DNA of 63,724 nucleotides from a bacterium CG10_46_32 (lineage in GTDB: Bacteria; Patescibacteriota; Patescibacteriia; UBA2169). A program made the position numbers and the translations under genes. The notes under the pieces were generated by a model. That model ran no database searches. It had not been told where the DNA came from and saw nothing but the letters and a program-made list of their open reading frames with translations. Position 1 is the stretch's first letter; the number at the start of each line of letters is the position of its first letter. Shown one piece after another: positions 1 to 9,400 of this stretch. The stretch lies in the NCBI GenBank assembly GCA_001889965.1, contig MOEI01000028.1, positions 1-63,724 on the forward strand, read 5' to 3'.

Positions 1-99
1 TCCTGACTTTATTCATTACTACAATACTGAGAGACCGCACATGGGGCTTAACATGAAAACACCACTGGAAGTGATTACAAGCTATTGACTAGAAAACAG
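1..99 (+). mobile_element. Terminus of an IS element (3' end of an rve/DDE transposase gene, cut by the window edge)
   Basis: Frame 2..88 reads PDFIHYYNTERPHMGLNMKTPLEVITSY-stop, the YN-x-x-RPH...P tail typical of integrase-core (IS3/IS481-like) transposases. Bases 17..99 are the exact reverse complement of 63642..63724. Confidence 0.75.
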
Positions 100-133
100 A
101 GCATAGTTTTTCGTTGCATAAGAGGCCGATATT

Positions 134-2476
134 ATGTACAATACAAGAATGCATCAAGTAGCTATAGAAAAATTTTTTGTTTGGGTTATTAAGGCGTGTT
201 TGGGTCTTGCAGTATTTGCGCCGCTCTTGCTTGCAGCGGATTATTTTTTTCCGGCGATTTTTCCAAAAGCGATTTACTTTAGGATTCTTATTGAAGTCGC
301 TGTGGTTGCGTACGTGCCGCTCGCGATACTGGCGCCGCACTTCCGGCCGCGCTACCATAGTGTGTACATGGCCTTGGCGATATTCGTGGCACTCGTGCTT
401 TTGACTTCTCTTGCTGGTGAGAATTTCAGCTACAGTTTTTGGGGTAACTATGAGCGCATGGACGGCATCTTTAGCTGGCTGCATTATTGGGTCGCAATTG
501 TAATAGCCGCAAGCGTGCTGCGATCGAGGCGAGATTGGATGGTATTTTTGAGTTGTTCAATTATTGCCGCGTTCCTGATGTCTTGGTATGGATTTTTACA
601 GCGATTCGGCGTTGCGTCAATTGGACCGATAACTATTTACGAAACCAATCTTGGCAGGATTACTGGCACCATTGGCAACCCTGCATTTTTAGCAGTATAT
701 CTTTTGTTTAATGTGGCCTTTGGTCTGCTTGTGATTATTGAGCGTTCAATCCCTCTGTGGTGGCGCATTGCCGCGGGTGCGGCGCTTGTTCCGATTTTTA
801 TTGCATACATGATGACTGGCGTGCGCGGAGCCTTTGTCGGCTTTGTGGCTTCAGTGGTTGTATTTTTTACGGGGACTTTGTTTTGGAGCACACATACTCG
901 CATCCGAAGACGTGTGGGGCAGGGATTTTTTGTGTTCGTTATAGTACTTGCTCTGTTATATGGGATGGTCGGACAGAACCAATGGGTAACGCAGAATTTT
1001 GGCAGGCTTTTTTCCATTGATCTTTCTGATTCAACTATTCAGACTCGGCTTGTTTCTTGGCGTGGCGCGGTTACTGGATTTAAAGATAATTTTTTGCTTG
1101 GGGTCGGGCCCCAGAAGTTTGACGTGATATTTAACCAGCATTTTGATCCGGCATTTTACCAGCTGGTAGGGGATGAAACCTGGTGGGATCGGGCGCATAA
1201 TATGGTGCTTGAAGTTGCGGCCACTATGGGGATTTTTGGGTTGCTTGCCTATCTCGGCATTGGCGCGGTATTACTCTATAGTCTGTGGCATATGGGCCGG
1301 AAACATGTTGAGCACCGAATTGAGGCGCTTATTATTATTTCATTTTTGGTTGGCTATTTTATACAAAATTTATTTGTATTTGATACTATCAGCTCATATA
1401 TCATGTTGGTTGTTTTGTTGGCATATGTGGTGGCGCGCACCGAGGAATCTGTCGCTTCCAATGGCGTGTTTAAACAGATGCTTACTGGATCACTTAGTCA
1501 GCTTCGCGAATTTTTGCCGCATATTTCCTCAACATATTGGCAGGCAGGGCTTGTGGTATCATTTGGCATTATGGCTCCTATTGCGTACACGGGCAACATC
1601 AATTTGCTGCGCCACAATCAATTGTTTCTTACGAATTTAGCGTACGCGAATATTCAGCCGTTTGCTACAACTATTGAAAACTATAAAAAGATTTTTGAGC
1701 TTTCCAGTTTTGACAGCCGTGAAGTGGGAATAAAGCTTTCCCAGTATATGGGAAGCTGGGCGCTTTCCGGCCAGCTTACAGTTTCCGAGCTGCAATCTGG
1801 GTATGTATTTCTTATCAGTGCTCTCGATCAAATAGTCGCGCAAAATCCTAAAGATGTTAGGCTCTTGCTTTCGTACGGAAACAGCTTGAATGTATATGGA
1901 GAATTGCTAAAACAAAAGGATGCTAATGAAGCTATGCGCATTTTACAAAAATCGGAACGCATATTAAGTGAGGCTGCAAGTCTTGGTGTTGCGCGACAGC
2001 AGGTGTTTCATTCGCTTGCGAATACTTATTTGATTATGGGGGATGACGAAAAGGGCATCAGCGTGCTTGTTAAAACCGCGGAGATTAATCCAAATAATCC
2101 GGCAACCTACTGGCTACTTGCCTTTGCGTATCTGCAAGACGGACAAACAGAACTCGGTATTCAAGCCGCGGATGCGGGAATTGCTAAAGGATACAGTTTC
2201 AGAAGTGAGGCCCAAGCGCAACCTGTGGCTGCTGCGCTGGCAGCACAAAGAGACTGGGAGCGTTTGCTTCGGCTTTACCAAAAAGTCGTATCTGATACTA
2301 GAAGCGGGACAGCACAGGCAAAAGTTGCTGCAGTGCTTGCACAAATGGGTAGAAAGGATGAGGCAATCGCGGCAGCAGAAGAAGTGTTACGTCTTGACCC
2401 TTCTCTTAAGGGACAAGTGGATGATTTTATTCAAAAAGTAAACAGTGGAAATACGGTTGATTTTATTGGAGAGTAG
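134..2476 (+). CDS. O-antigen ligase/polymerase-like (Wzy_C-type) polytopic membrane protein with C-terminal TPR domain
   Basis: 780-aa ORF with many hydrophobic helices. WDRAHNMVLEVAATMGIFGLL resembles the conserved His-containing O-antigen-ligase motif. The C-terminal ~300 aa are TPR-like. Confidence 0.8.
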   Translation: MYNTRMHQVAIEKFFVWVIKACLGLAVFAPLLLAADYFFPAIFPKAIYFRILIEVAVVAYVPLAILAPHFRPRYHSVYMALAIFVALVLLTSLAGENFSYSFWGNYERMDGIFSWLHYWVAIVIAASVLRSRRDWMVFLSCSIIAAFLMSWYGFLQRFGVASIGPITIYETNLGRITGTIGNPAFLAVYLLFNVAFGLLVIIERSIPLWWRIAAGAALVPIFIAYMMTGVRGAFVGFVASVVVFFTGTLFWSTHTRIRRRVGQGFFVFVIVLALLYGMVGQNQWVTQNFGRLFSIDLSDSTIQTRLVSWRGAVTGFKDNFLLGVGPQKFDVIFNQHFDPAFYQLVGDETWWDRAHNMVLEVAATMGIFGLLAYLGIGAVLLYSLWHMGRKHVEHRIEALIIISFLVGYFIQNLFVFDTISSYIMLVVLLAYVVARTEESVASNGVFKQMLTGSLSQLREFLPHISSTYWQAGLVVSFGIMAPIAYTGNINLLRHNQLFLTNLAYANIQPFATTIENYKKIFELSSFDSREVGIKLSQYMGSWALSGQLTVSELQSGYVFLISALDQIVAQNPKDVRLLLSYGNSLNVYGELLKQKDANEAMRILQKSERILSEAASLGVARQQVFHSLANTYLIMGDDEKGISVLVKTAEINPNNPATYWLLAFAYLQDGQTELGIQAADAGIAKGYSFRSEAQAQPVAAALAAQRDWERLLRLYQKVVSDTRSGTAQAKVAAVLAQMGRKDEAIAAAEEVLRLDPSLKGQVDDFIQKVNSGNTVDFIGE

Positions 2477-2482
2477 TACTCT

Positions 2483-3154
2483 ATGCGAATAAAGAAAAAA
2501 GAAAAAATTATAGTATTTTTTGGTACACTCGGCGTACTGGTCTTGTTATTCGCCATAGGATTTAGCGTGTATCAAAAACTGCAACCTGATATAGTGGTAG
2601 ATCCTAATATTACCGATGAGTACCGGCAGGAATTAGAGGTTGAGCTTGCGGACGCGCGCGGAAAGTCTCTTGAAAATCCTCAGGATATAGATGCCCGGAT
2701 TTTGATTGGAATCTTAGAGCAAAAGCTCGGCCGCCTTTCGGCGAGCGAACGCGCTTTTAAGAACGCGCTTAAAATTAATGATCAACATTATCTACCCTAC
2801 CTGTATCTGGGATCCGTGTATGAAGCAATGGGGCAATACCAGAAAGCGGATGATAGCCTTCGTGTATCAACCCAGCTTAATCCGCAAGATGCGCGTCCAT
2901 TTCAAATACTTATTACGCTCTATAAACAGCATTTTCCTGGAGAAGCGGATGAACTTAATAATATTTTTCGGGCAGCAAGCGATTATACGAACAGCCCTGA
3001 AATTTGGGAGGAGTATGCGCAGTTTTTAGAAGATCGCAGGGAGTACCGGCAGGCGTGGGTGTACTGGAAAGAAGTGCTTTTTGTTGAGCATGACAACACA
3101 AACGCGGCCGCGCACGTCAAATGGCTTGGTGATCAATTAGGCGTGGGTGAATAG
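2483..3154 (+). CDS. Membrane-anchored TPR-repeat protein
   Basis: 223-aa ORF with an N-terminal TM helix followed by TPR-like repeats (YLGSVYEAMGQYQKADDSL etc.). It starts 7 nt after the upstream stop. Confidence 0.8.
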   Translation: MRIKKKEKIIVFFGTLGVLVLLFAIGFSVYQKLQPDIVVDPNITDEYRQELEVELADARGKSLENPQDIDARILIGILEQKLGRLSASERAFKNALKINDQHYLPYLYLGSVYEAMGQYQKADDSLRVSTQLNPQDARPFQILITLYKQHFPGEADELNNIFRAASDYTNSPEIWEEYAQFLEDRREYRQAWVYWKEVLFVEHDNTNAAAHVKWLGDQLGVGE

Positions 3155-3156
3155 CT

Positions 3157-5238
3157 ATGGCAGTGCGCACTGTGGCTCTTATTATAATTTTTGCGGGGGG
3201 GTTGTTTTTTTTGAGCAAAGGAACAGTAGCTGCTGCTGTTCCAAATGACACTTTTTATACAAAAGATCAGCTGTCATATTTTAACCAAATACATCTTCCT
3301 GAAGCCTGGGATATAACCATTGGTTCAAAAGATGTGATTATTGCAGTAATTGACGCGGGCGTTGATACTGATCACCCGGATATTATTGGAAACATATGGT
3401 TGAATCGGGGCGAAAAGCCATTAAACGGGATTGATGATGATGGTAACGGATATGTTGATGATTTTAATGGATGGGATTTTTTGGAAAACACATCTGATCC
3501 GCACCCTAAGTTTGGTAATGGATACACATTTGGCGGCGCCAACCACGGAACTGTGGTCGCTGGAGTAGCAGCGTCCGTTTCTAATAACTCCGAAGGCTTG
3601 GCGGGTGTATGTTGGAATTGCAAAATTATGGCTTTGCGTGCTCTTGATGCGAACGGAGAGGGAGACACCAAGCATATTGCCGTGGCCATTGATTACGCGA
3701 TTGCAAACGGTGCGGACATTATTAATATGAGTTTTGTTGGCGCGGCAACGGACCTGGCTCTGTCTGAAGCGGTCGCGCGCGCGTACCAAGCCGGCGTGGT
3801 GCTGGTCGCGGCAGTCGGCAATGATGCAGACAACAGTGAGTTTGTTGTGGGAGATTTAGATTTTAGGCCATTATATCCAGTGTGTTTAGATGGCGGATTA
3901 GGGATGAATCATGTTCTTGGAGTCGGGTCTGTCGACAGCAATAATACAAAATCAATTTTTTCAAATTACGGCTTCAGCTGCATTGATATTAATACGCCAG
4001 GAAACGGCATTGCCGCTCCTCAATTGTATGATCCTTCGCGCGGCACTGATTTTGAGAACAAGTATCGTGGGGGCTGGCAGGGAACGTCCGTGGCTGCTCC
4101 TATTGCGTCTGGAGTCGCGGGATTGATGAAATCAATAAATCCAAAGCTCTCAAACAATCAGATTATTTCTATTATCCGGGACACAGCTATTGATATTTCA
4201 AGCCAGAATTCGCTCCGCATCACCGAGATTGGGGAAGGGCTTTTAAACGCCGAAGCTGCCGTTAAAAAAGCAATGGAGACAGTTGGTGTTGGGTTGGGGA
4301 AAGCAAGTCGCCTATTTTCACAATCCGGAAAAAAGAATATTCTAGTTTCCTCCGGCGTAGGTCGTGAAGTAGGCGCGCGCGTTTCGGACGCATTTGGTGA
4401 AAATTCTTTTCAATGGCAGACATACCCATCATTTTTTCGTGGGGGAGCAGAAATCGTTTCCGGAGATATAGACGGGGATGGGAAATCTGAAATTATAACC
4501 GGCGCAGGAGCAGGTGGTGGTCCACAGGTGCGTATTTTTGATACCCAAGGAAATGTCAAAGGACAGTTTTTTGCGTATGATTCAACATTTCGCGGCGGCG
4601 TGCATGTGGCAACTGCAGATTTTGATGGTGACGGCATTGATGAAATTGTAACATCAGCTGGAGCTGGACTCTCAAGCGAAGTGAAAATTATGGATATGAA
4701 CGGATTAGTCAAATGGTCGTTTAATGTGACTGCAGACGGATTAAAAGGGGGAATTACGGTCCAAGCCGTTGATATTGACAATGATGGCGAAAGTGAGGTG
4801 ATTACCGGCACTGGCGGAGGTTCATTGCCGCTCGTGCAGATATTTGATAAGATGGGGAACAAGGAGGCACAGTGGCTTGCATATCCAGAATTTTTTCGAG
4901 GAGGCGTGAATGTTGCAGTTGGAGATGTAGATGGCGACGACGATTTGGAGATTATAACTGCCGCAGGAGAAGGCGGTGGTCCGCAGATTCGAGTGTTTTC
5001 CTCAAGTGGACAAGTAGAAACTCAATTTTTCGCGTTTGAACAAACATTTCGCGGCGGCGCGAACCTTGCCGTGGGAAATGTAGATAGCGACAAGACCGCG
5101 GAAATTATTGTGGGCTCGGGCAGGGGCCGCGTTTCGGAGGTTAGAGTATTCAGTAAATTCGGTGTTGATTTTGTGCAGGACTCAATGTTCAGTGTATTTG
5201 AAAAAGATTATCAAGGAGGTGTACACGTAGGAATTTAA
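3157..5238 (+). CDS. Secreted subtilisin-like serine protease (S8) fused to FG-GAP/integrin-alpha-type repeat propeller
   Basis: Catalytic triad motifs DAGVDTDHPD, HGTVVAGVAA and GTSVAAPIASG. The C-terminal half consists of repeated FRGG...GD.DGDG..EI..G.G.GGGPQ.R.F blades. Confidence 0.9.
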   Translation: MAVRTVALIIIFAGGLFFLSKGTVAAAVPNDTFYTKDQLSYFNQIHLPEAWDITIGSKDVIIAVIDAGVDTDHPDIIGNIWLNRGEKPLNGIDDDGNGYVDDFNGWDFLENTSDPHPKFGNGYTFGGANHGTVVAGVAASVSNNSEGLAGVCWNCKIMALRALDANGEGDTKHIAVAIDYAIANGADIINMSFVGAATDLALSEAVARAYQAGVVLVAAVGNDADNSEFVVGDLDFRPLYPVCLDGGLGMNHVLGVGSVDSNNTKSIFSNYGFSCIDINTPGNGIAAPQLYDPSRGTDFENKYRGGWQGTSVAAPIASGVAGLMKSINPKLSNNQIISIIRDTAIDISSQNSLRITEIGEGLLNAEAAVKKAMETVGVGLGKASRLFSQSGKKNILVSSGVGREVGARVSDAFGENSFQWQTYPSFFRGGAEIVSGDIDGDGKSEIITGAGAGGGPQVRIFDTQGNVKGQFFAYDSTFRGGVHVATADFDGDGIDEIVTSAGAGLSSEVKIMDMNGLVKWSFNVTADGLKGGITVQAVDIDNDGESEVITGTGGGSLPLVQIFDKMGNKEAQWLAYPEFFRGGVNVAVGDVDGDDDLEIITAAGEGGGPQIRVFSSSGQVETQFFAFEQTFRGGANLAVGNVDSDKTAEIIVGSGRGRVSEVRVFSKFGVDFVQDSMFSVFEKDYQGGVHVGI

Positions 5239-5243
5239 ACCAT

Positions 5244-6305
5244 ATGCCAAATACTAAAGGAGTGTTTAAAAAGAAAAATGTAGTGGTTATCGGCGGAGCT
5301 GGATTTATTGGGTCGCATGTTTGCGAAGCTTTGATAACAAATAAAAGAACGCAGGTTGTTTGTATTGACAATCTGGTTTCTGGCACCATTATGAATATTG
5401 AGCTGTTGTTGCAATCGCCAGATTTTAAATTTATAAGGCATGATATTACTGAGCCTATTGACCTTGCGGTTTTTCCCGAGCTTGCTCCATTCGAAATTGA
5501 GTTTGCGGGCATACAAGAAATGTATAACTGTGCAACGCCGACTTCCTATAAAGATCCCAAGCGTTTTGCCATGGAAACCGCATTAATGCATTCTGTGGGT
5601 ATTAAGAATATTTTAGATCTTGCCAAGCGACATACCGCAAAGGTGGTGCATCTTTCGTCCTCTGCTATTTACGGCGACCCACCGCCAGAGCAAGGACATT
5701 TTAAAGAAGATTATTGGGGATTTATTAATCCAGTTGGTGAGCGAGCTGCGTACAACGAAGGCAAGCGTTTTAGCGAGACCATGTGCACTGTGTATCGCGA
5801 AAAAGAAGGCCTTGCTATTTCCATTGCTCGCATTTTTTCCACCTATGGTCCGCGTATGATTATGGCTGAAGGCAGGCATATTCCGGATTTTATTACAGCG
5901 GCAATAGACAACAAAGATATTGTCATCTATGGAGATAAAGAAAAAACCAGCACGTTCTGTTATGTAAAAGATACAGTCGAAGGGATTATAAAGCTGATGG
6001 AGGCATCTGATGAGATGGGCCCAATCAATATCGGCAGTGACAAAGAACATAAACTTACTGAGATAGCAGAGCAGGTGATTGCATTAGTGGGTTCAAAATC
6101 AAAAATTAATTTCGCGGCAAATCTTCCGGGTATTGCGGAACAAGGCATTCCAGATATTCAAAAAGCCAAAGACGCATTAGGTTGGTTTCCAGTAGTTACA
6201 CTCAAACAGGGCCTGACTGAATCAATTGAATATATGCGTTCAGTAAAATCAAGCTACGAACAGAAAGGGTTGTGGGATGAGAGCACGTTGGATAGGAAGG
6301 AATAA
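5244..6305 (+). CDS. UDP-glucuronate decarboxylase (UDP-xylose synthase)-like SDR
   Basis: GGAGFIGSH Rossmann motif, plus YGDPP..E.YWG.INP.G.RAAYNEGKRFSE...IARIFSTYGPRM, which matches the UXS family signature as I recall it. Confidence 0.85.
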   Translation: MPNTKGVFKKKNVVVIGGAGFIGSHVCEALITNKRTQVVCIDNLVSGTIMNIELLLQSPDFKFIRHDITEPIDLAVFPELAPFEIEFAGIQEMYNCATPTSYKDPKRFAMETALMHSVGIKNILDLAKRHTAKVVHLSSSAIYGDPPPEQGHFKEDYWGFINPVGERAAYNEGKRFSETMCTVYREKEGLAISIARIFSTYGPRMIMAEGRHIPDFITAAIDNKDIVIYGDKEKTSTFCYVKDTVEGIIKLMEASDEMGPINIGSDKEHKLTEIAEQVIALVGSKSKINFAANLPGIAEQGIPDIQKAKDALGWFPVVTLKQGLTESIEYMRSVKSSYEQKGLWDESTLDRKE

Positions 6306-6306
6306 T

Positions 6307-7257
6307 ATGAAGGTGCTTGTCACTGGAGGAGCCGGGTTTATCGGCTCCCATATCGTTGACGGTTTAGTTAGTGAGGGTCACGAAACCGTGATCCTCGATG
6401 ATTTTAGTGCAGGCAATCATGAGTTTGTTAATTCCGCGGCAAGCGTTGTGGAAGCGGATATTCGGGATACGGAAGCCGTTAATCGTGCGTTTCAAGAACA
6501 GCAACCCGAGGCAGTGTTTCATTTGGCTGCAATGGTTGACCTAAGAGAGAGTTTAAAAAATCCAGAAAAGTCATATGCAGTTAATGTTATTGGATCGCAG
6601 AATATAATTCGCGCCGCGAAAAATGTGGGCGTCAAAAAATTTATTTTTTCATCATCAGCAGCAGTGTATGGAAACAATAATAATTTGCCCATAAAAGAAT
6701 CAGAACCCATAGCGCCAACTTCTCCGTATGGTGAGCAAAAAGCAGAAATTGAAAAAGCGCTCAAAGATTCTGGCGTTCCATCAATTGTGTTGCGCTACGC
6801 AAATGTGTACGGCCCGCGGCAAGGTACGGTCGGCGAAGGAGGGGTAGTTGCAATTTTTTGCAAAAAATTGCGTGCAGGCGAACAGCTTGCTGTGTTTGGC
6901 AGCGGAGAACAAACGAGGGACTTTGTGTTTGTAGATGACGTTGCCTCCGCAAATCTTAAGGCCTTGGCATATACAGGGGCGTATGCCATCTGCAACATCT
7001 CAACCCGCATCGAAACCAGCGTAAACCACATTGCTTCCGCGCTCTTGTCAGTATCCCAAAAAAATACTACTATTTCTCACACAGAAGCGCTCCCAGAAGA
7101 AGTGCTTCGGAATAGCTTAGATTCTAGTTTTGCCCAGAAAACGCTTCATTGGGAGTCTGTAATAAGCATTGAAGAAGGGCTAGAAGCCACATGGAAGTGG
7201 TTTACAGAAAATGTCAAAGTCAAAAATTCAAATGCCAAATCAATGCCAAAATTCTAA
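6307..7257 (+). CDS. NAD-dependent epimerase, UDP-glucose 4-epimerase (GalE)-like
   Basis: MKVLVTGGAGFIGSH start preceded by GGAAGG; SSAAVYG and YGEQK (YxxxK) motifs. The ORF-track start at 6277 was trimmed to the RBS-backed ATG. Confidence 0.85.
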   Translation: MKVLVTGGAGFIGSHIVDGLVSEGHETVILDDFSAGNHEFVNSAASVVEADIRDTEAVNRAFQEQQPEAVFHLAAMVDLRESLKNPEKSYAVNVIGSQNIIRAAKNVGVKKFIFSSSAAVYGNNNNLPIKESEPIAPTSPYGEQKAEIEKALKDSGVPSIVLRYANVYGPRQGTVGEGGVVAIFCKKLRAGEQLAVFGSGEQTRDFVFVDDVASANLKALAYTGAYAICNISTRIETSVNHIASALLSVSQKNTTISHTEALPEEVLRNSLDSSFAQKTLHWESVISIEEGLEATWKWFTENVKVKNSNAKSMPKF

Positions 7258-7328
7258 TAACAAAGTTTTTAGCCTTTAAGCATGTAACATTCATTTGAGC
7301 TTTGGATTTTGACATTTAGGTTTGATTT

Positions 7329-8621
7329 ATGAGACTATCCATTATTGGCGCGGGATACGTAGGGCTCGTCAGTGGAGCCGCATTCGCAGAATTTGGACAT
7401 GATGTCATTATCATGGATATTGATCGTGAGAGGATCGCAAAACTGCAGCGTGGCATTGTTCCAATTCACGAACCAGGACTTGACCGACTTTTGGATAAAA
7501 ATTCAGATCGAATCAGTTATACTTCCAACATGGAAGAGGCAGTGCGCGAAGCTGATATCCATTTTATTTGCGTGTGGACTCCTCCATTAGAAGACGGAAG
7601 CGCGGATCTTTCAGCCGTGCGTGCGGTTGCGCGCGAACTTGGAAAACAGTTTGTAAAACTAAAGGTTAAAACTCCAATTATTGTAACAAAAAGCACGGTG
7701 CCAGTTGGCACGGGTGTTGCTATTCAGCGCCTTGTTCGGCAATCCTATAAAGGTGATTTTAGCGTTGTATCAAATCCGGAATTTTTACGCGAGTCCCAGG
7801 CAGTTGCGGACATGCTTCGGCCAGATCGGATTGTAGTTGGTTCAAATGATCCAGATGCTGCGAAAACTATTGCAGGGGTATACCACGATGTTAATGCGCC
7901 GATTATCATGACAGATTTGGCAACAGCGGAAATGATTAAATATGCGGCAAACGCATTTTTGGCAACCAAGATTTCTTTTATTAATGAAGTTGCAAATATT
8001 TGCGAAATTGTGGGCGCGGATGTCGAGCGGGTTGCCGAAGGAATTGGACATGATCCTCGAATCGGCAAGGCGTTCCTTAAAGCAGGTATGGGATATGGAG
8101 GTTCATGTTTTCCAAAAGACGTTCGGGCATTGCATCAGTTTTCGAACGCAAGCGGATATGATTTTAAACTTTTAAAATCCGTGATTGAAGTGAATGAGCA
8201 GCAGCGGCAGATGATTGTTGATAAAGTTAACAAGCATTTAAAAATTTTGAACGGCAAAAATATTCTCGTTCTAGGCTTGGCGTTTAAAGCGCATACTGAT
8301 GATGTACGTGAATCTGGAGCGCTTGATATCATCGAGCGTCTGCAAATACAAGGGGCGAACATTACTGCCTTTGATCCGCTTGCATTGTTGAATGCAAAAA
8401 AGAAATTAAATGATTTAGTTATTCTTGTTGGAAACGCGCACGAGGGTGCGGTTGGGGCTGATGCGATTATTGTTGCCACGGAATGGCCAGACTTTAAAGA
8501 GTTGGATTGGGAGCGCATCCAGAGTGTAATGCGTAAGCCGCTTATCATCGATGGCCGAAATTTACTTGATCCGAGTGAAATGAGAAAATTAAAATTCATC
8601 TACGAAGGGGTAGGAAGATAG
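7329..8621 (+). CDS. ugd: UDP-glucose 6-dehydrogenase
   Basis: 430 aa with an N-terminal IIGAGYVGL Rossmann motif and the GYGGSCFPKD catalytic-Cys motif. Length is typical of Ugd. Confidence 0.92.
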   Translation: MRLSIIGAGYVGLVSGAAFAEFGHDVIIMDIDRERIAKLQRGIVPIHEPGLDRLLDKNSDRISYTSNMEEAVREADIHFICVWTPPLEDGSADLSAVRAVARELGKQFVKLKVKTPIIVTKSTVPVGTGVAIQRLVRQSYKGDFSVVSNPEFLRESQAVADMLRPDRIVVGSNDPDAAKTIAGVYHDVNAPIIMTDLATAEMIKYAANAFLATKISFINEVANICEIVGADVERVAEGIGHDPRIGKAFLKAGMGYGGSCFPKDVRALHQFSNASGYDFKLLKSVIEVNEQQRQMIVDKVNKHLKILNGKNILVLGLAFKAHTDDVRESGALDIIERLQIQGANITAFDPLALLNAKKKLNDLVILVGNAHEGAVGADAIIVATEWPDFKELDWERIQSVMRKPLIIDGRNLLDPSEMRKLKFIYEGVGR

Positions 8622-8622
8622 C

Positions 8623-9294
8623 ATGTCTATTGTAGTTATTATTCCAGCATACAAAGAAGCGCAAAAAATTTTTGACGTTGTGCAACGCGTGCGTGAAAAA
8701 GGATATGATGTTGTCGTTGTTGATGACGCGTCTCCTGACGCAACATCAAGTGAAGCATGGCGAGCCGGAGCAGTTGTGTTGCGGCATTTTGTAAACCGCG
8801 GATACGGCGCCGCGCTTTCTACTGGAAATGCATATGCAATGCGTCGTGGGTATGATATTGCGGTTCATTTCGATGGAGATGGACAGCATAGTGCCGACGA
8901 AATTGAGCGCGTTGTAGTACCTATCCAAAAAGGCGAAGCTGAAGCAGTGGTGGGTTCACGATTTTTAGGACGTGCCACTGAAATGTCTTTTGTCCGAAAG
9001 CTACTTATTAAACTTGCTATTCTTTTTACGTGGCTGTTTTCTGGTATCAAGTTAACCGACAGCCACAATGGGTTTCGAGCATTTTCAATCTCTGCGCTTA
9101 AGGCTATTGACTGTAGGCAGGATGGTATGTCGTATGCGTCTGAAGTTATTGATCAGATTGCAGAACATAAGTTGTCTATCTGCGAAGTTCCGGTGACTAT
9201 TCAGTATACAGACTACTCAAAAGCTAAAGGAGAGGGTAATATAAAGAAAGTACTGCTTGGGGCCCGATTTTTATGGGGGAAAGTGATTAAATGA
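8623..9294 (+). CDS. GT2 polyprenyl-phosphate glycosyltransferase (GtrB/GacI/DPM1-like)
   Basis: 223 aa. IVVIIPAYKE, VVVVDDASPD and DGDGQH motifs are typical of the short GT2 dolichyl/undecaprenyl-phosphate sugar synthases. Confidence 0.85.
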   Translation: MSIVVIIPAYKEAQKIFDVVQRVREKGYDVVVVDDASPDATSSEAWRAGAVVLRHFVNRGYGAALSTGNAYAMRRGYDIAVHFDGDGQHSADEIERVVVPIQKGEAEAVVGSRFLGRATEMSFVRKLLIKLAILFTWLFSGIKLTDSHNGFRAFSISALKAIDCRQDGMSYASEVIDQIAEHKLSICEVPVTIQYTDYSKAKGEGNIKKVLLGARFLWGKVIK

Positions 9295-9305
9295 GCCTTT
9301 AAGAT

Positions 9306-9392
9306 GGCTGTTCGGGGCTATAAATTTTTTCGCTCCGAAGGGGGCTAGAGCCCATACATTCTCGCTACAAAATTTATAGCCCCTGCACACCC
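9306..9392. repeat. Copy 1 of an ~85-nt hairpin-forming intergenic repeat (GTTCGGGG...CTCCGAAGGG...CCCTGCACACC)
   Basis: Shares termini and core with 54824..54904 and 63526..63607. GGGGCTATAAATTTT pairs perfectly with AAAATTTATAGCCCC. Confidence 0.85.
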
Positions 9393-9400
9393 TAGATCAA

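Noticed and set aside
7209-7317. Imperfect inverted repeat (AAATGTCAAAGTCAAAAATTCAAATG / CATTTGAGCTTTGGATTTTGACATTT) spanning the galE-like stop codon
   Set aside because: Only about 21 of 26 positions pair, the sequence is low-complexity and AT-rich, and the loop is 56 nt. A 10-bp perfect core within 100 nt is expected by chance several times in 64 kb.
9306-9392. Small peptide (MAVRGYKFFRSEGG) or integron attC-site interpretation of the hairpin repeat
   Set aside because: The three copies do not keep a common reading frame or stop position. The termini do not fit the attC R''/R' consensus (GTTRRRY), and no integron integrase or cassette array is present.
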